Positions 26,001-40,081 of a stretch of DNA of 64,000 bases are shown here, piece after piece (position 1 is the stretch's first letter; each line of letters starts with the position of its first letter). The notes under the pieces were generated by a model. That model searched no databases, was not told the origin of the DNA, and saw only the letters and a program-made list of their open reading frames with translations. A program made the position numbers and the translations under genes. Source of the stretch: Octopus vulgaris (taxonomy: Eukaryota); NCBI GenBank assembly GCA_951406725.2, contig OX597820.1:25668001-25732000 (forward strand). Direction: 5' to 3'.

Positions 26001-29000
26001 GAATATTTGCTATAACAGAATCTGTCTGAGATGTAATGGAAAATAGGTCAGTTTCAAAACATTGATGTCCATGTCACAAAAGCAAAGTGTGAAGAGAACA
26101 GTAGTCATTTCCTTTGATTTTCTGATAGACACAAATGGAAAATAATACTTACTGACCAAATTAAAATTTTGTTACACAGTGTAATAAAGCCTATAAATCA
26201 TCAGTTGTTGTTTGTCTATATTTTACTTCTTTTTCCAAAGTAGTTCATATTTGTTTATGTCCTTCTGAATACTTTTCACTACACTGATCTGTAGCTTTTC
26301 CAGTGGGTGTGCATTTCAAAAAAGTATACTAAGTTGATGTAGAGAAAAATATTGGTGCAGGAGTGTGGTAAGTAGCTTGCTAACCAACCACATGGTTGCG
26401 GGTTCAGTCCCACTGCGTGGCATCTTGGGCAAGTGTCTTCTGCTATAGCCCCGGGCCGACCAATGCCTTGTGAGTGGATTTGGTAGACAGAAACTGAAAG
26501 AAGCCTGTCGTATATATGTATATATATGTTTGTGTGTCTGTGTTTGTCCCCCTAGCATTGCTTGACAACCGATGCTGGTGTGTCTACGTCCCCGCCACTT
26601 AGCGGTTCGTCAAAAGAGACCAATAGAATAAGTACTGGGCTTACAAAGAATAAGTTCCGGGGTCGATTTAATCGACTAAAGGCGGTGCTCCAGCATGGCC
26701 ACAGTCAAATGACTGAAACAAGTAAAAGAGTAAAGAGTACGTGTGTGTGTGTATGGGGTACAAACAACTATTTTGAAAAAGGAAATGAAGTGAAATACAG
26801 ACAAACCGCAACAAATGAGTGTTTGTAGGCTTTGTAAATTATGATTCTTCCCAAATATGACAGAATTGTTTTCAACATACTATTTCCACAGGTTATCTCT
26901 TTAAAGCTTATTGTTGCAGTATGAAGGTTGTTGGTCTGGTCTGTGGTGATCACTGGTTGAGCTGTTGAATGAAAGTAAGTTTCTGGGGCTGCATGAAGTA
27001 ACTGAACACTCATAAGCACTTGACAGGAGATTTTATTATTGCACATAAAGACAAACTGTGTTGGCCTTTAACAGATAACAACAATGAGCACTCAGAGAGT
27101 GCAAACCTCCGCCAAGGCAACACAAACGTCCTCAATGATTAGCCGGAGATGATTTTTACAATGATAATATCTCAAATAAACTCAACTGCTCTCACAAACA
27201 AGTATACTAAAAATGAACCTGACCACTCTCAAAAATTAAGAGAAAAAAAATGGAAAAATAATTCAGAATTGTTGTCCGGTACCAGATTGATCGCAAAATC
27301 TAATCAGTTTGTGCCAGTCCTGAGGCCAAACATCCCTGAAAGTTTCATCTGAATCCATCCTGCAGTTCTTGAGACATTTTGTCCAGACAAACAAACACAA
27401 CTGGAAACAATACCTCTGCCTTAGCATAGGTGGAGGTAATAATTACATACGGGATGAGAGATACTACTTGGAGTTTATGACAAACTGTTGATACGGCAAC
27501 TTGTGGCTTGCTTGATATAACTGGAAACAATTGTGCTATATTCGTAGCAATGGAGGTTTCTCTTATTTATCTTCACCATCTATCTTAGTCACTTTCCTTG
27601 GTCATATGACTGGTAAAAATGCACACCATCTCATGTGGCAAGAATGGAGACACATATCGCTCAGCTGCCTCAACATTCTGCAATTAATTACTGCCAAAAG
27701 CAACCTTTTAAAAGGCACAAGAAGAGGATTCTAGAAAATTGAATTATATGAAGGCTTGATGCTGGTTAGTTGCTTAATAGACTGGTGATATGAAACTATT
27801 GAGGTTTGATCATGATGTCTGACTAGTTACCTAGCAGTTCAGTTTCAAAACGACACTAATATATAGTTGGTTGCTGCTCTGGTTCTCTAGCTTGTCCAGA
27901 ATATCAATCTATTAGAAGCTACCCAGAGACCTGTAAGCAGATGAATGTCCTTTCTCAGTCACATCTTGGATGTCTTGCTTTTCCGGGGCATCAATAAACT
28001 AAAGCTCTGATGTTTAGCCACTACTTTCATAGAAGGCCACAACATTATCCATCATTTTCTCAACAACTTTGGCCACTTTTTTGAATTTAGTATGGCTACC
28101 ATCCATGGACATGCTTATAAAATAATAACCACTTCCCCTCAGAATACAATAAACAGCGCAGCATTAATAACTTTCTGAAAGATCTTTTTCATGCTCAGGA
28201 TTGTTAAAACATAGGTTAAACTCTATGCATTGGTTGTTAATTGCCAGGACACTGCATCCTTCAAAAATTCCATATTTTCTGAAATTTGCCAACACTATTC
28301 CTTTTAAGCCTGTGCACCTTTCCCTCCGTTTGTCTCTTTTAATATTCAGTTTTCTGCCTTTTTGTGTTTTTTCCTGTGTACTATATGTAGCTGTCATTAC
28401 TTTCTTACTTTACATGATTTATAGATATTTTTTGTGTGGCCTTTTACCTTTTATTCAATGATTGTAGTACACATGAGCACTGCGTATGATAAGTTTGGTG
28501 AGCTGGATGGTTAATTGACTAATCAATCCCCTCAAAAACTGTGCCAAAATTTTAAATCTATATTTCTTCCAACTCTTTCCATCCTGAGTTCAAATCCAGC
28601 TGAGGTCAACTTTGCCTTTTATTCTTCTAGGGTCGATAAAATAAAGTACTAGTGTAGTAAATAGTGAGATCGATGGTAAGGACTAGACTCCCCCCTCACA
28701 TTCCTGGCCTTGTGCCTAAATCAGAAAATATTGGTTTTAAATTTTGGTACAAGGCCTGCAACTTTGGGGGAGAGGGTAAGTCAATTACATCAACTCCAGT
28801 GATCTACTGGTACTTATTTTATTGGTCTTAAAAGGATGAAAGCTAAAGTCAACCTCGGTGGAATTTGAACTCAGAACATAAAGACGGACGAAATACCGCT
28901 AGGCATTTCGTCCGGTGTGACAATGATTTTTAAAATGGTTACAAGGGAAATAACTCCGATAGCTAAAGTGAGTGTTCCATTTACACCGGTATTGTGGTCC

Positions 29001-29007
29001 TGCAGAC

Positions 29008-29130
29008 ATGTTTCGACCGTTGTTTCCAGCTCTTGTTCCAAAAGCCGTGGATCCTTTCTGGTTTCCCGTTGATAAACCTTGTCTCGATGAATCTGAAATA
29101 AGTGCGCTGGAAGCTGATTACAACAATTGG
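29008..29130 (+). CDS. ANAPC15: Anaphase-promoting complex subunit 15, coding exon 1
   Basis: MFRPLFPALVPKAVDPFWFPVDKPCLDESEISALEADYNNW matches recalled human [30 protein letters not shown]...W. Donor TGG|gtgagc, phase 0. Confidence 0.92.
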
Positions 29131-32114
29131 GTGAGCATTTCCGACATGCGTAATTAGATATTATTCAAATCTGCTCAATCAGTGCCAACATATGATCAAA
29201 ATCGTTTTAGCCAAGAATCAGCCATTCTTTATTATTATTTTTTTTTGTTCAGGTATTGCATACCTTACACGAATTGTTCCTAAATTTAATTTGTCGTCGA
29301 ACCCTTATAAGATTTTTTTAATAAAATCACTGAAGCCTTATCAATAGAATAAGCACACACTCGCTACTAACTTTAATAATTTTTATGAAACATTTGTTTA
29401 GAATGAAAAATGTAAACATCGTCTCCCAACACGTTGTCACTTACTCAATATATCATCTTTTCTTTTTAGACTGAATCATTCAATTTAGTTTGTAATTTCC
29501 TGTTGGTCAGAGTACAACATAATCTGAAACACATTGAAATAACGTGGTGTAATAATAAATTTGGTCATGATCCACTAGGAAATATTTATGAAGCATGGTT
29601 AATATTATTTTTGTGTGTAAAGGTAGCGAGCTTGCAGAACTGTTTTTAAAAAATGGTTAGCGGTACTTCTTCCGACTCATTATGTTCTGATTTCAAATTG
29701 GGCCGAGGTCGACTTCCCTTTCATCCTTTTGAATTCTATAAAATAAGTACCAGTTAATCGACTTATCCCGCCCCTTAAAGTTGCTGGCCTTGTGCCAAAA
29801 TTTGAAACAACTATTATTGTGTATAAGTTAAAACATTTTTGACATTTTCTTATGCATTTTATTGGTATATTTTAAAACGATATAACTATTTCGAAAATGG
29901 CGAATGCTATGTTTTAATAAATTTTTAATTTTCATTTCCAAAGAAATTCTTTTTCTTGCAATACTGTTCCGTCTTAGGGAAACTTTACTCACTTGTACAT
30001 TATAAAATGTTGTCTCGGATATGTTTTTTTTTTTATAGCATTGTAGAATGTGAATGGAGGGAAATTTTGCTCCCATTTCTAGCAGGTTGAACGACCAAAT
30101 ACTTCTAAAAATAAATTCTTAATTTACCAAAATAAGCACAATAATTTCAGTTGCCATTCTTGAAAAATTTAAGAACTTGATAAATATACTTTTTGACATC
30201 CAGAGATGTCAGCATATTTTTCATTCATGAGAAGAGAGTATATTAAAAGGAATCCAAGAACTGTTTGTGCTATGAATCTCTCTCTCTATATATATATATA
30301 TATATAATGAAATTTATTGTATACAGTGCTCAGGTGCACCACAACCTGTCATATATATGTGTGTGTGTGTGTGAGTGAGAGACGGTTATATTTATTATTT
30401 GAAGAGAGAGTAGGAGTAAAAAAACATGCCGTGGTTTTAAACACAAACACGTCTTGCATTTTATGAAGAACAACGCTGACATCTCTGGCTGTAGCAAAAG
30501 GAAAACAGACAAAAACTTCAAAGTTGACAATGATGATTTCATGAAATTTAAATATTTCTACTTAATAGATATAGTGACAAATTCGATGCTTAATTTGAAT
30601 ATGAATAGTAACTATTTTGATTTTAATAAATCAATTTGGTTAGTATACTTTGACGTAATGTTTTGCTTTTTAACTAGTGTGAATGTGTATTTAATTTGTT
30701 GAAGATAATGTTATACAGTAGAAGGAATATTATTGTCACTGATATTTCGAATGAATGTTTAGGAACCTCGAGTCATCTGTTTTGCTTGAAACGTGGTCGC
30801 CATGTTTAATGTTTTGAAGAAATTCGTTTTACTCTTTGTATTGTTTTCTTTTCTGAAGGAATGGAGAATGTATAAAAATATCGTGGTTCTCTTGAAATAG
30901 GGAAACGAAAACGGTATTTTGTTTATAAAAATACTTTCTTTTTAAAAGGACAACGTATTAGGAGGAAAGAAAAACATTTAGACAACTTATAAGAATTTTA
31001 TTAGAAAATTTTCAACTTCTATTCAATGGTTTCTTTAAACCCAGTATTATTTATAGCTTTATCTACTTCGAGTTCCACTATTAAAAACTATATTAATTTT
31101 ACATTATGACGTATGGGAACCATCAATACTTTGGTTTTATAAACGTTTGTATCACGAGAAAAATGCATTTAAATAAAAAGTATTAATTAAAAATACATTA
31201 AAACCTAAAATGCAAAAATTTATAAGATACACCAGAAATTATGGACTTCCTATGTTTGCAACTGCAGCAATTCACCCTCTTATAGTAAACAATATTTGAT
31301 TTTTGTTTTCATATTTCAGAAAAAAACAAAACAAAAAACGATATTATTAAACACTCGTCATGTTCTAAAAAAAAAGCTGTTTTCTCCTAAGTACCTCTAA
31401 AAAAAACATTCGAAAATGTTAAACTTGAACGTTTCTTCCTTAAGTACCAAACATTATTTTAAAATTTTCTTTTGAAGCGATTTCACAAACATGCAGTATT
31501 TCAGATATGGATCTCAGCATCAGATGAAAGAACAAACTGTTGGGCATATACTTCTATAGAATGTTGATAAATTCTGTTTTCTATTTTAACAAATAGCGTT
31601 GTATGCTCTCCACCCGTTGAAGAATATAAGACGTACATGCTCCGATTTTACTCCACGATCTTAATAATCAACAATGTACGCCAGTGCTTCTTTGCCATGA
31701 CTATTTATCGAACAATGATATCGTGTTTTATCAGATTTTGTGTGACCCCAACGCATTACTCAGTTTAATACTTCTATTGTTGGCCCTGAGTGCCTTGGCT
31801 GATTCCAGCCTGTTGCAAGTATTCGACCAGGTCCCTTATCAGAGGCTAGATTAACACAATGTATTGCTATACTACTTTCTGTTATAGAAACCCATGGGTC
31901 GCTTTTCCACCAAGAAAGAGTCATAAATGCGAGTCTTCCTTTTCTGACTAAACCTTAAAAAAAAAGTAAATGTTTTTATTGAAGAAAGACTTGGATCTCT
32001 GTATTTTCTACCACAGATGGCAAACGATTAAAAAAGGAAACCATTCTTCTGGCAAACTGCATCTGTGACTTGTTTTGATCCTTAGTCAGAACCATTTTAT
32101 TTCTCTTGTATTAC

Positions 32115-32162
<48 letters not shown>

Positions 32163-32834
32163 TTTGAAGATCTTTTAGATTTTTAATTTGGCCTTACTCA
32201 AAATACTTAATTTAAAAGGGACTGCTCAAGTTTGACTTCAACTTATCAGTCTTCCTGAAACTATACAATCCATTGAAGAAACTTACATGGGTACTCAACA
32301 TATACATTATTTGAAATAGCTGCTAAATCTACTTCAAATCACACCCTGCTGTTGAAAAAGTGGAAGGACACAGTGAAAATAAATAGAATGATCATAGTGA
32401 AAACTAACTTTTGGTTATACAACAACATAAAAACGAAAGCAACCAGAGAGGGGTCTCCTAATGGGATACAGAACATTTCAACAGATTGGACGTCCCACCT
32501 TACTCCATTGTTTCATATCAGTCATTAAGGATGCTAATAAATTTCTCTAATACATTAGATTTAGTAAGACAAATGGAATACATTTTATATTTTTATAACA
32601 AAGACTATCAAAATCATTTTCTTTAACCCTTTGCCTATCTTTATCTTTTCTTTTACTTGTTTCAGTCATTTGACTGCGGCCATGCTGGAGCACCGCCTTT
32701 AGTCGAGCAAATCGACCCCGGGACTTATTCTTTGTAAGCCCAGTACTTATTCTATCGGTCTCTTTTGCCGAACCGCTAAGTGACGGGGACGAAAACACAC
32801 CAGCATCGGTTGTCAAGCAATGCTAGGGGGACAA

Positions 32835-32884
<50 letters not shown>

Positions 32885-33419
32885 CATATATACGACAGAC
32901 TTCTTTCAGTTTCCGTCTACCAAATTCACTCACAAGGCATTGGTCGGTCTTAAGTATTTACATAAATTTCTCCTAAACATCCATGCTTGTCTTCAAACTT
33001 TTAAATAACTCTTGTGTCATGCGTTCTGGGTAATATAAAACTTTCTTTCATAAGTCCCAAGTTTTTTTCCGGTGGTTGAAACAAATTGGGAATGCGTATC
33101 CTACATGATGTTAGGACACAAGGGGATTCTGTCTTGTGTCTCACTTGTGATACACAAGAGTTACAATTCCACTGACAAGTGATGTCCATTGAAAACATTT
33201 TTGATTCATTACTAACTTCATCTTCACACATGTTTCAATGTTTTAAAACTTGTCCAGCTTTGTATTGTTAGGAGGCACAGGCACTTACACACACACACAC
33301 TTCTGCCTACTAAATTCAATCACAAGGTTTCAGTTGCCCAAGGTGTCACGCAGTGGACTGAACCCAAAAACATGCGGCTAGGAAGCAAGCTTCCTAAACA
33401 CATAGCCATGTATTGTTAA

Positions 33420-33799
33420 TCTCTATATATATAAAGCTGAAGTTGTCTGTGTATGGCAGGTTTGATAGCCTTCAACTAACACTATCTTCTCCAAGACCCT
33501 GCAGCGCAAGTTGACCAAAATTGAGAGTATGATAGAAGGCTTGCTCTTCCTTCCGTAGAAGAAAAAATTCAAAGCGGACCATGTTAACACCAAAAATTAT
33601 TTACATCAAAAAGATGCCTTTTTTCTATGAAAATCCCTATTTTTTACGATTTTTTGACTGCTGTGTCGCCATTTTTCGGTGTATTTCAACCAAAAAAAAT
33701 GTTCACTTGAAGAGAATAACAAACTACATAATGCAAAATTTTTACTTTTCAAACATTCCAATTCTAAAGGGTCAAAGCAACGCTGGGTGATACTGCTAG
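33420..33799 (+). mobile_element. Non-autonomous Helitron (second family member)
   Basis: A|TCTCTATATATATAAAG 5' end and AGCAACGCTGGGTGATACTGCTAG|T 3' end, sharing the terminus of the 20026 copy. Ends 60 nt before ANAPC15 exon 2. Confidence 0.75.
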
Positions 33800-33859
33800 T
33801 TATTGATATTTTCAAGTTTATTCTATTTATTATCATTTGTCATTTTTTTAAAATTCTAG

Positions 33860-33919
33860 GCTCAGAGCGTCGGCGATAAAGACAATGCTATAGTACCAAT
33901 AGGAAAAACTGCCCAGGAG
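33860..33919 (+). CDS. ANAPC15: ANAPC15 coding exon 2
   Basis: ttctag|GCT...GAG|gtaaac; 60 nt. Encodes AQSVGDKDNAIVPIGKTAQE (human [20 protein letters not shown]). Confidence 0.93.
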
Positions 33920-34755
33920 GTAAACTCTTTTTCTTTACTCTGTCATTTGCTGTTGTTTATCCCCTAATTCAATCTTGATCAAATAGACTCATGACTGAAG
34001 ACATTCCAGCCATAATCATTTTGTCTTTTTACAAGTATCTAGAAGTATGTTATGTATTTCTTTTGTTTTTTATAAGTTAGTAGAGTACTATGTGAGGAAG
34101 TATTGGCTGCTATTTGTAACAGCTCAAATGACCATGTAGTGCAGTGGTTCCAAACCCAGCATATACAGATGCCTGGGGGTGCACAATCTTCGTACTGTGG
34201 ATCACTTGAGCCCATAGGATTAATATGGCTGGTTGCCCAGTTTTTGTGGCGTATAAGTGATGTAGATGAGTGGTTCCCAAAGTGGGTAGTGGAAAGATTA
34301 GGGATGGGTGCATTGAAGAATAATGGGGTGACCAAAACAGAGCAATGGATGTGAAAAAACCCCCCACAAAATAAAGGGTTTATTAGGTAAGTTTTATTTG
34401 TGAAATACCATTGTTTTGAATTTGCTGCAGGAAATGGTCTGTCTGTGATGATAAGGGTGAGTGGGGCACTAGGAATGTGGCCTTAGAACCAAGGGGGCAG
34501 CAGCCTAAAAAAGTTTGGGAACTGCTGATCTCGATCAGAATATTGGAAGAAATGTCATTAAGCATGTTGGGTCTGACATGCTAACAATTCTGCCAGCTTG
34601 CCACATTCATGAACTTTGTACCATTATTATATAAATGCATTGTGCCATCCACAGTTTTGTTGTGTCCAACTTCAAATTCGAGTGTTCAAATGTCAAAACA
34701 CTGACAGGATGCTTCTATGGATGTTGCTTACTCTGTTTTCACTTACTTTACTCAG

Positions 34756-34869
34756 CATTATGATGAAGAAGAGGAAGAAGAGGAGGAGGAAGAAGTTGAT
34801 GATGAGAGCGACACTAATGATGATGAACTTGACACAGATATGGTTGATGACAGGGATTCTGCCGATGAT
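34756..34869 (+). CDS. ANAPC15: ANAPC15 coding exon 3 (acidic tract)
   Basis: ctcag|CAT...GAT|gtgagt; 114 nt. Encodes HYDEEEEEEEEEEVDDESDTNDDELDTDMVDDRDSADD (human HYDDEEEEDDEDD...SPDD). Confidence 0.92.
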
Positions 34870-36522
34870 GTGAGTAAATTCTTCATTCTTATTCCGACAC
34901 ATTTGGCATATCCTGTAGCTTTATTGTGTTTGGTTTGTTGTTGGTTTTTGTATATAGCTTTATTTTTATCTAATTTCCTTTGTTTTTCTGTTTGACAAGT
35001 TCTAATCTGAGTGTTACTTTAGTCTTGTAAGGTCAGTGAGTTAATTACTACCCTCATAATCCTGTGTTCAAACTTTACAATTCATGTGTGTCCCTTTGGT
35101 GTTAGCTTGCACACTTGTAAATTTATGTACCTTTCCAACCTCACAGCTTATTGTCAGTTATTTCTTTTATTTTTTTATTTTACTTCTCCTGTTTCATCTG
35201 TAATATATACTCATTAGAAAGGTGGTTGTTATTATTGTTGTTGCTTAACTCCAGATCAGCCCACATTAAGCAAACCTATGATCAAAGTACCACATTATCT
35301 GATGACTTCTCAGTTTTAGACATTCTGGTGTGATTTGAGGGAGATTTGGCTGCTTTTTCTAGCAGGTTGAGCAATCACATAGAGATTCCTTCATTGGCTC
35401 ATTGATAGATATGTTTCATATACAGATGAAGTTTTGACTTTTCTCTCTCCACAACTACATACATTTTAGTGTAATGAAGCCGCTGCACTAAATGATTGAT
35501 ATAACTATACTATGGAAGGTGTTAATGTAACAATTGCCAACCCTTCAATATCTCAGTCCACTTATTAAGAAAGTTCATAACATAATTTGATTTGTTCATT
35601 TACTATGAAGAGTAAATAATTTAATATTTTAGACCTTCATTGTAATTCTACTTATCAAACTTTTCTACGGCACAGACTATCAGACTTATTACCTTAAGTT
35701 CTTGACTTCCATCTTGTCTATCTATTTGCCCATATTTCTTATATTTACTGAAAATGTGCTTATTTGTTCCATCTGTCAAGTGTGTTTGTTCTGTATTGCA
35801 GTCTCCCTCTGTTCATCCTAACACACTGTCCAGTTTACTACCACCATCTGCTCCCCCACCTACCCTTGTTTTCTGCTTATGTTTAAATTTAATCAACTTA
35901 ACTATTCCTGAGTAAAAGTATAAAAACTGCTCCACCTCTCTGCCAATCCATGCTGAGCCAGTGTAGCAAACTAGGCTCACCAGACCAGTATGGTCTTGAC
36001 CTCAAATTCACAGCCTCCTCATCAGACTCAGTTGGTGGAGAGAACATGCTGAGGCCTTTGTCCAATAGTGGACTGGACATAGGCAATCCATTCCAATTTT
36101 TTAAGTTGGATATCAGCTACTTTAGTCTTACCAGTCCAGAATGGTCTGGACCAGCAATGAGTGCTGCCCATCTTTGCCTGATTAACTTGTCAAAGGTGAA
36201 AAACGGTAATAGGAAGAATTTCTATGCAGGAAAAACCTCTATGATTACATGCTTTAATAATAAACATACAATTATGGGAATTTGTAAAAGAAAAAAAAGC
36301 CGTTTTGTCCATGCTAGTATAAATGTTTGTAAAAAATAGTTGGGCCTTCCCTCCCTCCCAAATCTCTTTCTCTCTTTTTACTCTTTTACTTGTTTCAGTC
36401 ATTTGACTGCGGCCATGGTGGAGCACTGCCTTTAGTCGAAAGCAAATCAACTCTAGGACTTATTCTTTGGAAGCCTAGTACTTATTCTGTTGGTCAGAAT
36501 GTGTAATAAATCATCAATAGAA

Positions 36523-37027
36523 TAACTCTTTAGTGCTTAAACCAGCCATATCAGGCCCAAATATTCTACCTTGTTTTATGTTCAAACTGGCTAAATCTGG
36601 TCTCTCACACTTATCCTACAATGTCATTTTGAAACTAAGCAATCGCATTATCAAAATCTCAAAGCTACATGATCCCGCATGATTAATTCAAAACGATGTG
36701 AATCAGTAAGCATTACATTTGACAAAGTAATCTGAATACTAAAGAGTTGACCCTTTTGCATTAATCTGGCCATATCCAGCCCAGATATTCTACCTGTTTT
36801 ATGTTAAAACAGAGACCAAATCCAACCTCTCACACCTACCTTACAATGTCATTCTAAAAATATACAAACACACCAATTGAAATCTTGAAGTAACAAGATA
36901 ATGCATGATTAATTCAAAACTATGTGAATATGTAAGCAATACATTTAACAAAGAAATCATCATCATTTAACATCTGTTTTCCATGCTAGCATGGGTTGGA
37001 TGGTAAATCTGAATACTAAACAGTAAA
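36523..37027. mobile_element. Tandem pair of ~220-bp piggyBac-like MITEs
   Basis: First copy has AACTCTTTAG...CTAAAGAGTT ends. The second copy from ~36750 is homologous throughout and is interrupted by a short retroposon tail (~36957-37005). Confidence 0.55.
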
Positions 37028-37572
37028 ACATTTGAATCCTATAAAAACTCCATATTTCTTCATCTGAAGCAAATATTTAACCTCTTTAACAGACACTGGA
37101 AAATTCTGTTTCATTATTTATATTGCACTTCATAGTTCTCTCTGGTTTATGTATTTAGTATGTGTACTTTACTTGTAATGTTCATAGGAAGGGATTAAAA
37201 TTCATTGTTTAGAGAATGTAAACAGTTAGCTTTTAGAAAACATGGTTTTGAAATGTTGGGAAACTATCTTCCATGAGAGAGTTCACAATTTATAGGGAAG
37301 ATCCAGGGGAATAATTACATGGTAGCTAAATTTTGCTTAAGTGTCCCAGGATTTAATTCCGGGATAGTAAGTCGTATTTTGTAGAAAATAGGAAAATTGA
37401 ATAAGGAGATGAATGCTCGGGATGTTAAACTATTTATATCTTGAAGTCTTCTACATATGTTTCGATGGATGCACTCCAAAATGTCAGGCATTTTTGGAGT
37501 ACATCTGTTGAAAGAAAGACTTCAAGATATAAATGGTTTAACAACATCCCAAGTATTTGTCTCCTTATTCAG

Positions 37573-37663
<91 letters not shown>

Positions 37664-39229
37664 ATTATATGTTCATCATTTAACGTTCATTTTCCATGCT
37701 GACATGGGTTAAACTGTTTGACTGCAGATGGTAAGCCGGAGAGCTTGCACCAGGCTCCAGTTGTCTGATTTGGTTTGGTTTTTATGGCTGGATGCCCTTC
37801 CTACTGCCAACCACTCCAAAGAGGGTACTGGGTGCCTTTTACATGTCATCAGCAAGGTGCCATGACAGGCTTCCTTGCAGTTTCCATCTACCAGATTCAC
37901 CCACAAGGCATTGGTCAGACCAGTGCTATAACATTACTAATTAATTTCGATTGTTTCATAACATTTTATTCTTCATTGTGCTAGATCATTCTACCCAAAT
38001 CAGTTTTGGAAAAAATGAATGTAAATAAAAGGCAAAAACCCATCAATACTGAAGGAGTTGACAATCATGATCTGACTTAATGTTATTAGTGTTTATTAAA
38101 GAAGCAAAGCCTTTCTTCTGTTCTTTTATTCTATTTTTATTGTAGTTCAGTACAAGTTCTGTCATAGGTTTATATAACTTTCATGACACAATTGGTAAGC
38201 CTTGTTGTATTTAGTTACATCTCTTTCTGCTCTGAGGTCAAATTTACTTTGTCATCATTATTTATTGTTTGTAAGGCAGTGAGCTGGCAGAATAATTAGC
38301 GCGCTGGATGAAATGCTTAGCGGTATTGTGCCCATTGCTATGTTCTGAGTTCAAATTCTGCCGAGGTCGACTTTACATTTCATCCTTTCAGGGTCGTTAA
38401 AATAAGTACCAGTTGAACCAATCCGTCCCTCAAAATTGCTGCCCTTGTGGCGAAATTTGAAATCATTATTTAGTGTCTGTATTTCATGCTGACATAAGTT
38501 GACTGGTTTGACAGGATCTGACAGGTTAGAGGACTGCATCAAGCTCCAATGTCTGTCTGAGAATTTGGATACCTTTCTTAATGCCAACCACTTTTCAGAA
38601 TGTCCTGGGTGCATTTTTGTGTCACTGGCACTTGGAAAACAATACCCCTTGATTGAGGGGAACAGCTTACACCTGGTTTGAGAAGTAGAAGGATAAGAAC
38701 AGTTCTTTTGTTGTGGAGCAGTTACACAGCTACCCTAGCTGGAAAGGGATAGAAGATGATGGTGAAGAAGGGTGACAGGAAATACTCTCCTTCTACAGTA
38801 AATACAATAAGTGCATTAAATACTGGGTCAAAATAATCAACTATATCCTGTTGAAAATGTCATACCATTGTGCTTATGTTAGGACCAATATTATATGCCT
38901 TTATTACTTGTTCCTATTGGTCTCTTCTTATGACCTGGTCTTGTTAAATTTCATTTTGTGGCTTTATTATTCTTCATACAATATGATCTTTCAAATGAAA
39001 GTGAGAAGCCTTACATGATAGAGCACTGGGTTAAATGCTTCATCGTATTTAATCCCATTTTCTATGATCTGAGTTTGAATTTTATTTTGATAAGCTTCAT
39101 CTTTTATCCTGCTGGCAAAAATAAATAAGTATCAGTAATAAACACATTGATTCAGTCTATTTGCCTATATTCAGTCCTTTGCAGAAATTGTCCTCATGTC
39201 AAAAGATCACTATATGATATGATATAACT

Positions 39230-39730
39230 CTGTGACATATTTCTTTTGACTTTTAATTTATTTAATCTACACTGGATTGTATTTCTAATTTGTCGTCCAG
39301 TAACATTTTTCTTTGAGATCTGTTAACACCCTGTCAATCGTTGACAATATATCTTTGTGACCTGTTTAACATTCTGTCAGCTATCAACAGCTTACCTTTA
39401 GGATATGTTAAGTCTTTGTCAACTGACATCTCTGTTTTTGTGAGTTGTTGACACTGTCAACTGTTAATAATGTTTTTAACTAATTAATTCTTTGCTACAT
39501 GCTTAGAATGTCTTTGTAGCCTGTTAGCGTTGTCTACTATGGATTGTATGCTACTGTGACATATCGACACTATCAGCTGTGACTTGTCAACACTGTCAAC
39601 TGTGGATAACATATTTTTCTGAGTAGTCAGCACTGTCAGTTGAGAATATGACTCTGTGACATATTAACATTACGTCAACTGTGAACAGTGTCTTTGTGAC
39701 GTGTCAACACCTTGTCAACTGATAATATTT
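39230..39730. repeat. Degenerate ~40-bp minisatellite with palindromic core
   Basis: About ten diverged units resembling TGTGAC.TGTTAACACTGTCAACTGTTGA.AATAT.TCTT. Confidence 0.7.
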
Positions 39731-40045
39731 TATCCTTGTAAATGTTTTTACGAATTGTATGTTGTCTATCTGTGCTGATAAGTTTACGCCATACATATTA
39801 TGAGTCTGCTGTCATTATTTGGTTTGCCGTTTGTAAGTGCCTCTGACTGTCTTGACTTTGTTGCACCATATTTCTTACTGGCTAGTCCTGACGTTGCTGC
39901 ATCACAAGTACCACAGTCTTATTCCGACCACATTGCACTGTATCTACCACAGAACCTTATTGCAGCATGTGTGTCACTGACCTCACTCCCTGACCATATT
40001 GCATCATGTGAACCACTGACCTGCTGTTATATCTCCCTTTTACAG

Positions 40046-40081
40046 TTTGACTTTAGAGGCCGCCGAAACAGTCTCAACCTG
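40046..40081 (+). CDS. Candidate 36-nt symmetric cassette exon of ANAPC15 (FDFRGRRNSLNL)
   Basis: atctcccttttacag|TTT...CTG|gtaggt; phase 0-0, open in the ANAPC15 frame. No transcript evidence available. Confidence 0.45.

Noticed and set aside
26316-26828. Recurrent ORFs such as MLGGQT.../MTTDAGV...
   Set aside because: These are chance open frames within the high-copy SINE, repeated at every copy.
35898-36339. 129-aa ORF in the ANAPC15 intron
   Set aside because: No recognisable domain or splice structure; it looks like a decayed repeat.
39230-39730. CRISPR-like array of palindromic repeats
   Set aside because: Units are highly diverged and contiguous without unique spacers, there are no cas genes, and the context is a eukaryotic intron.
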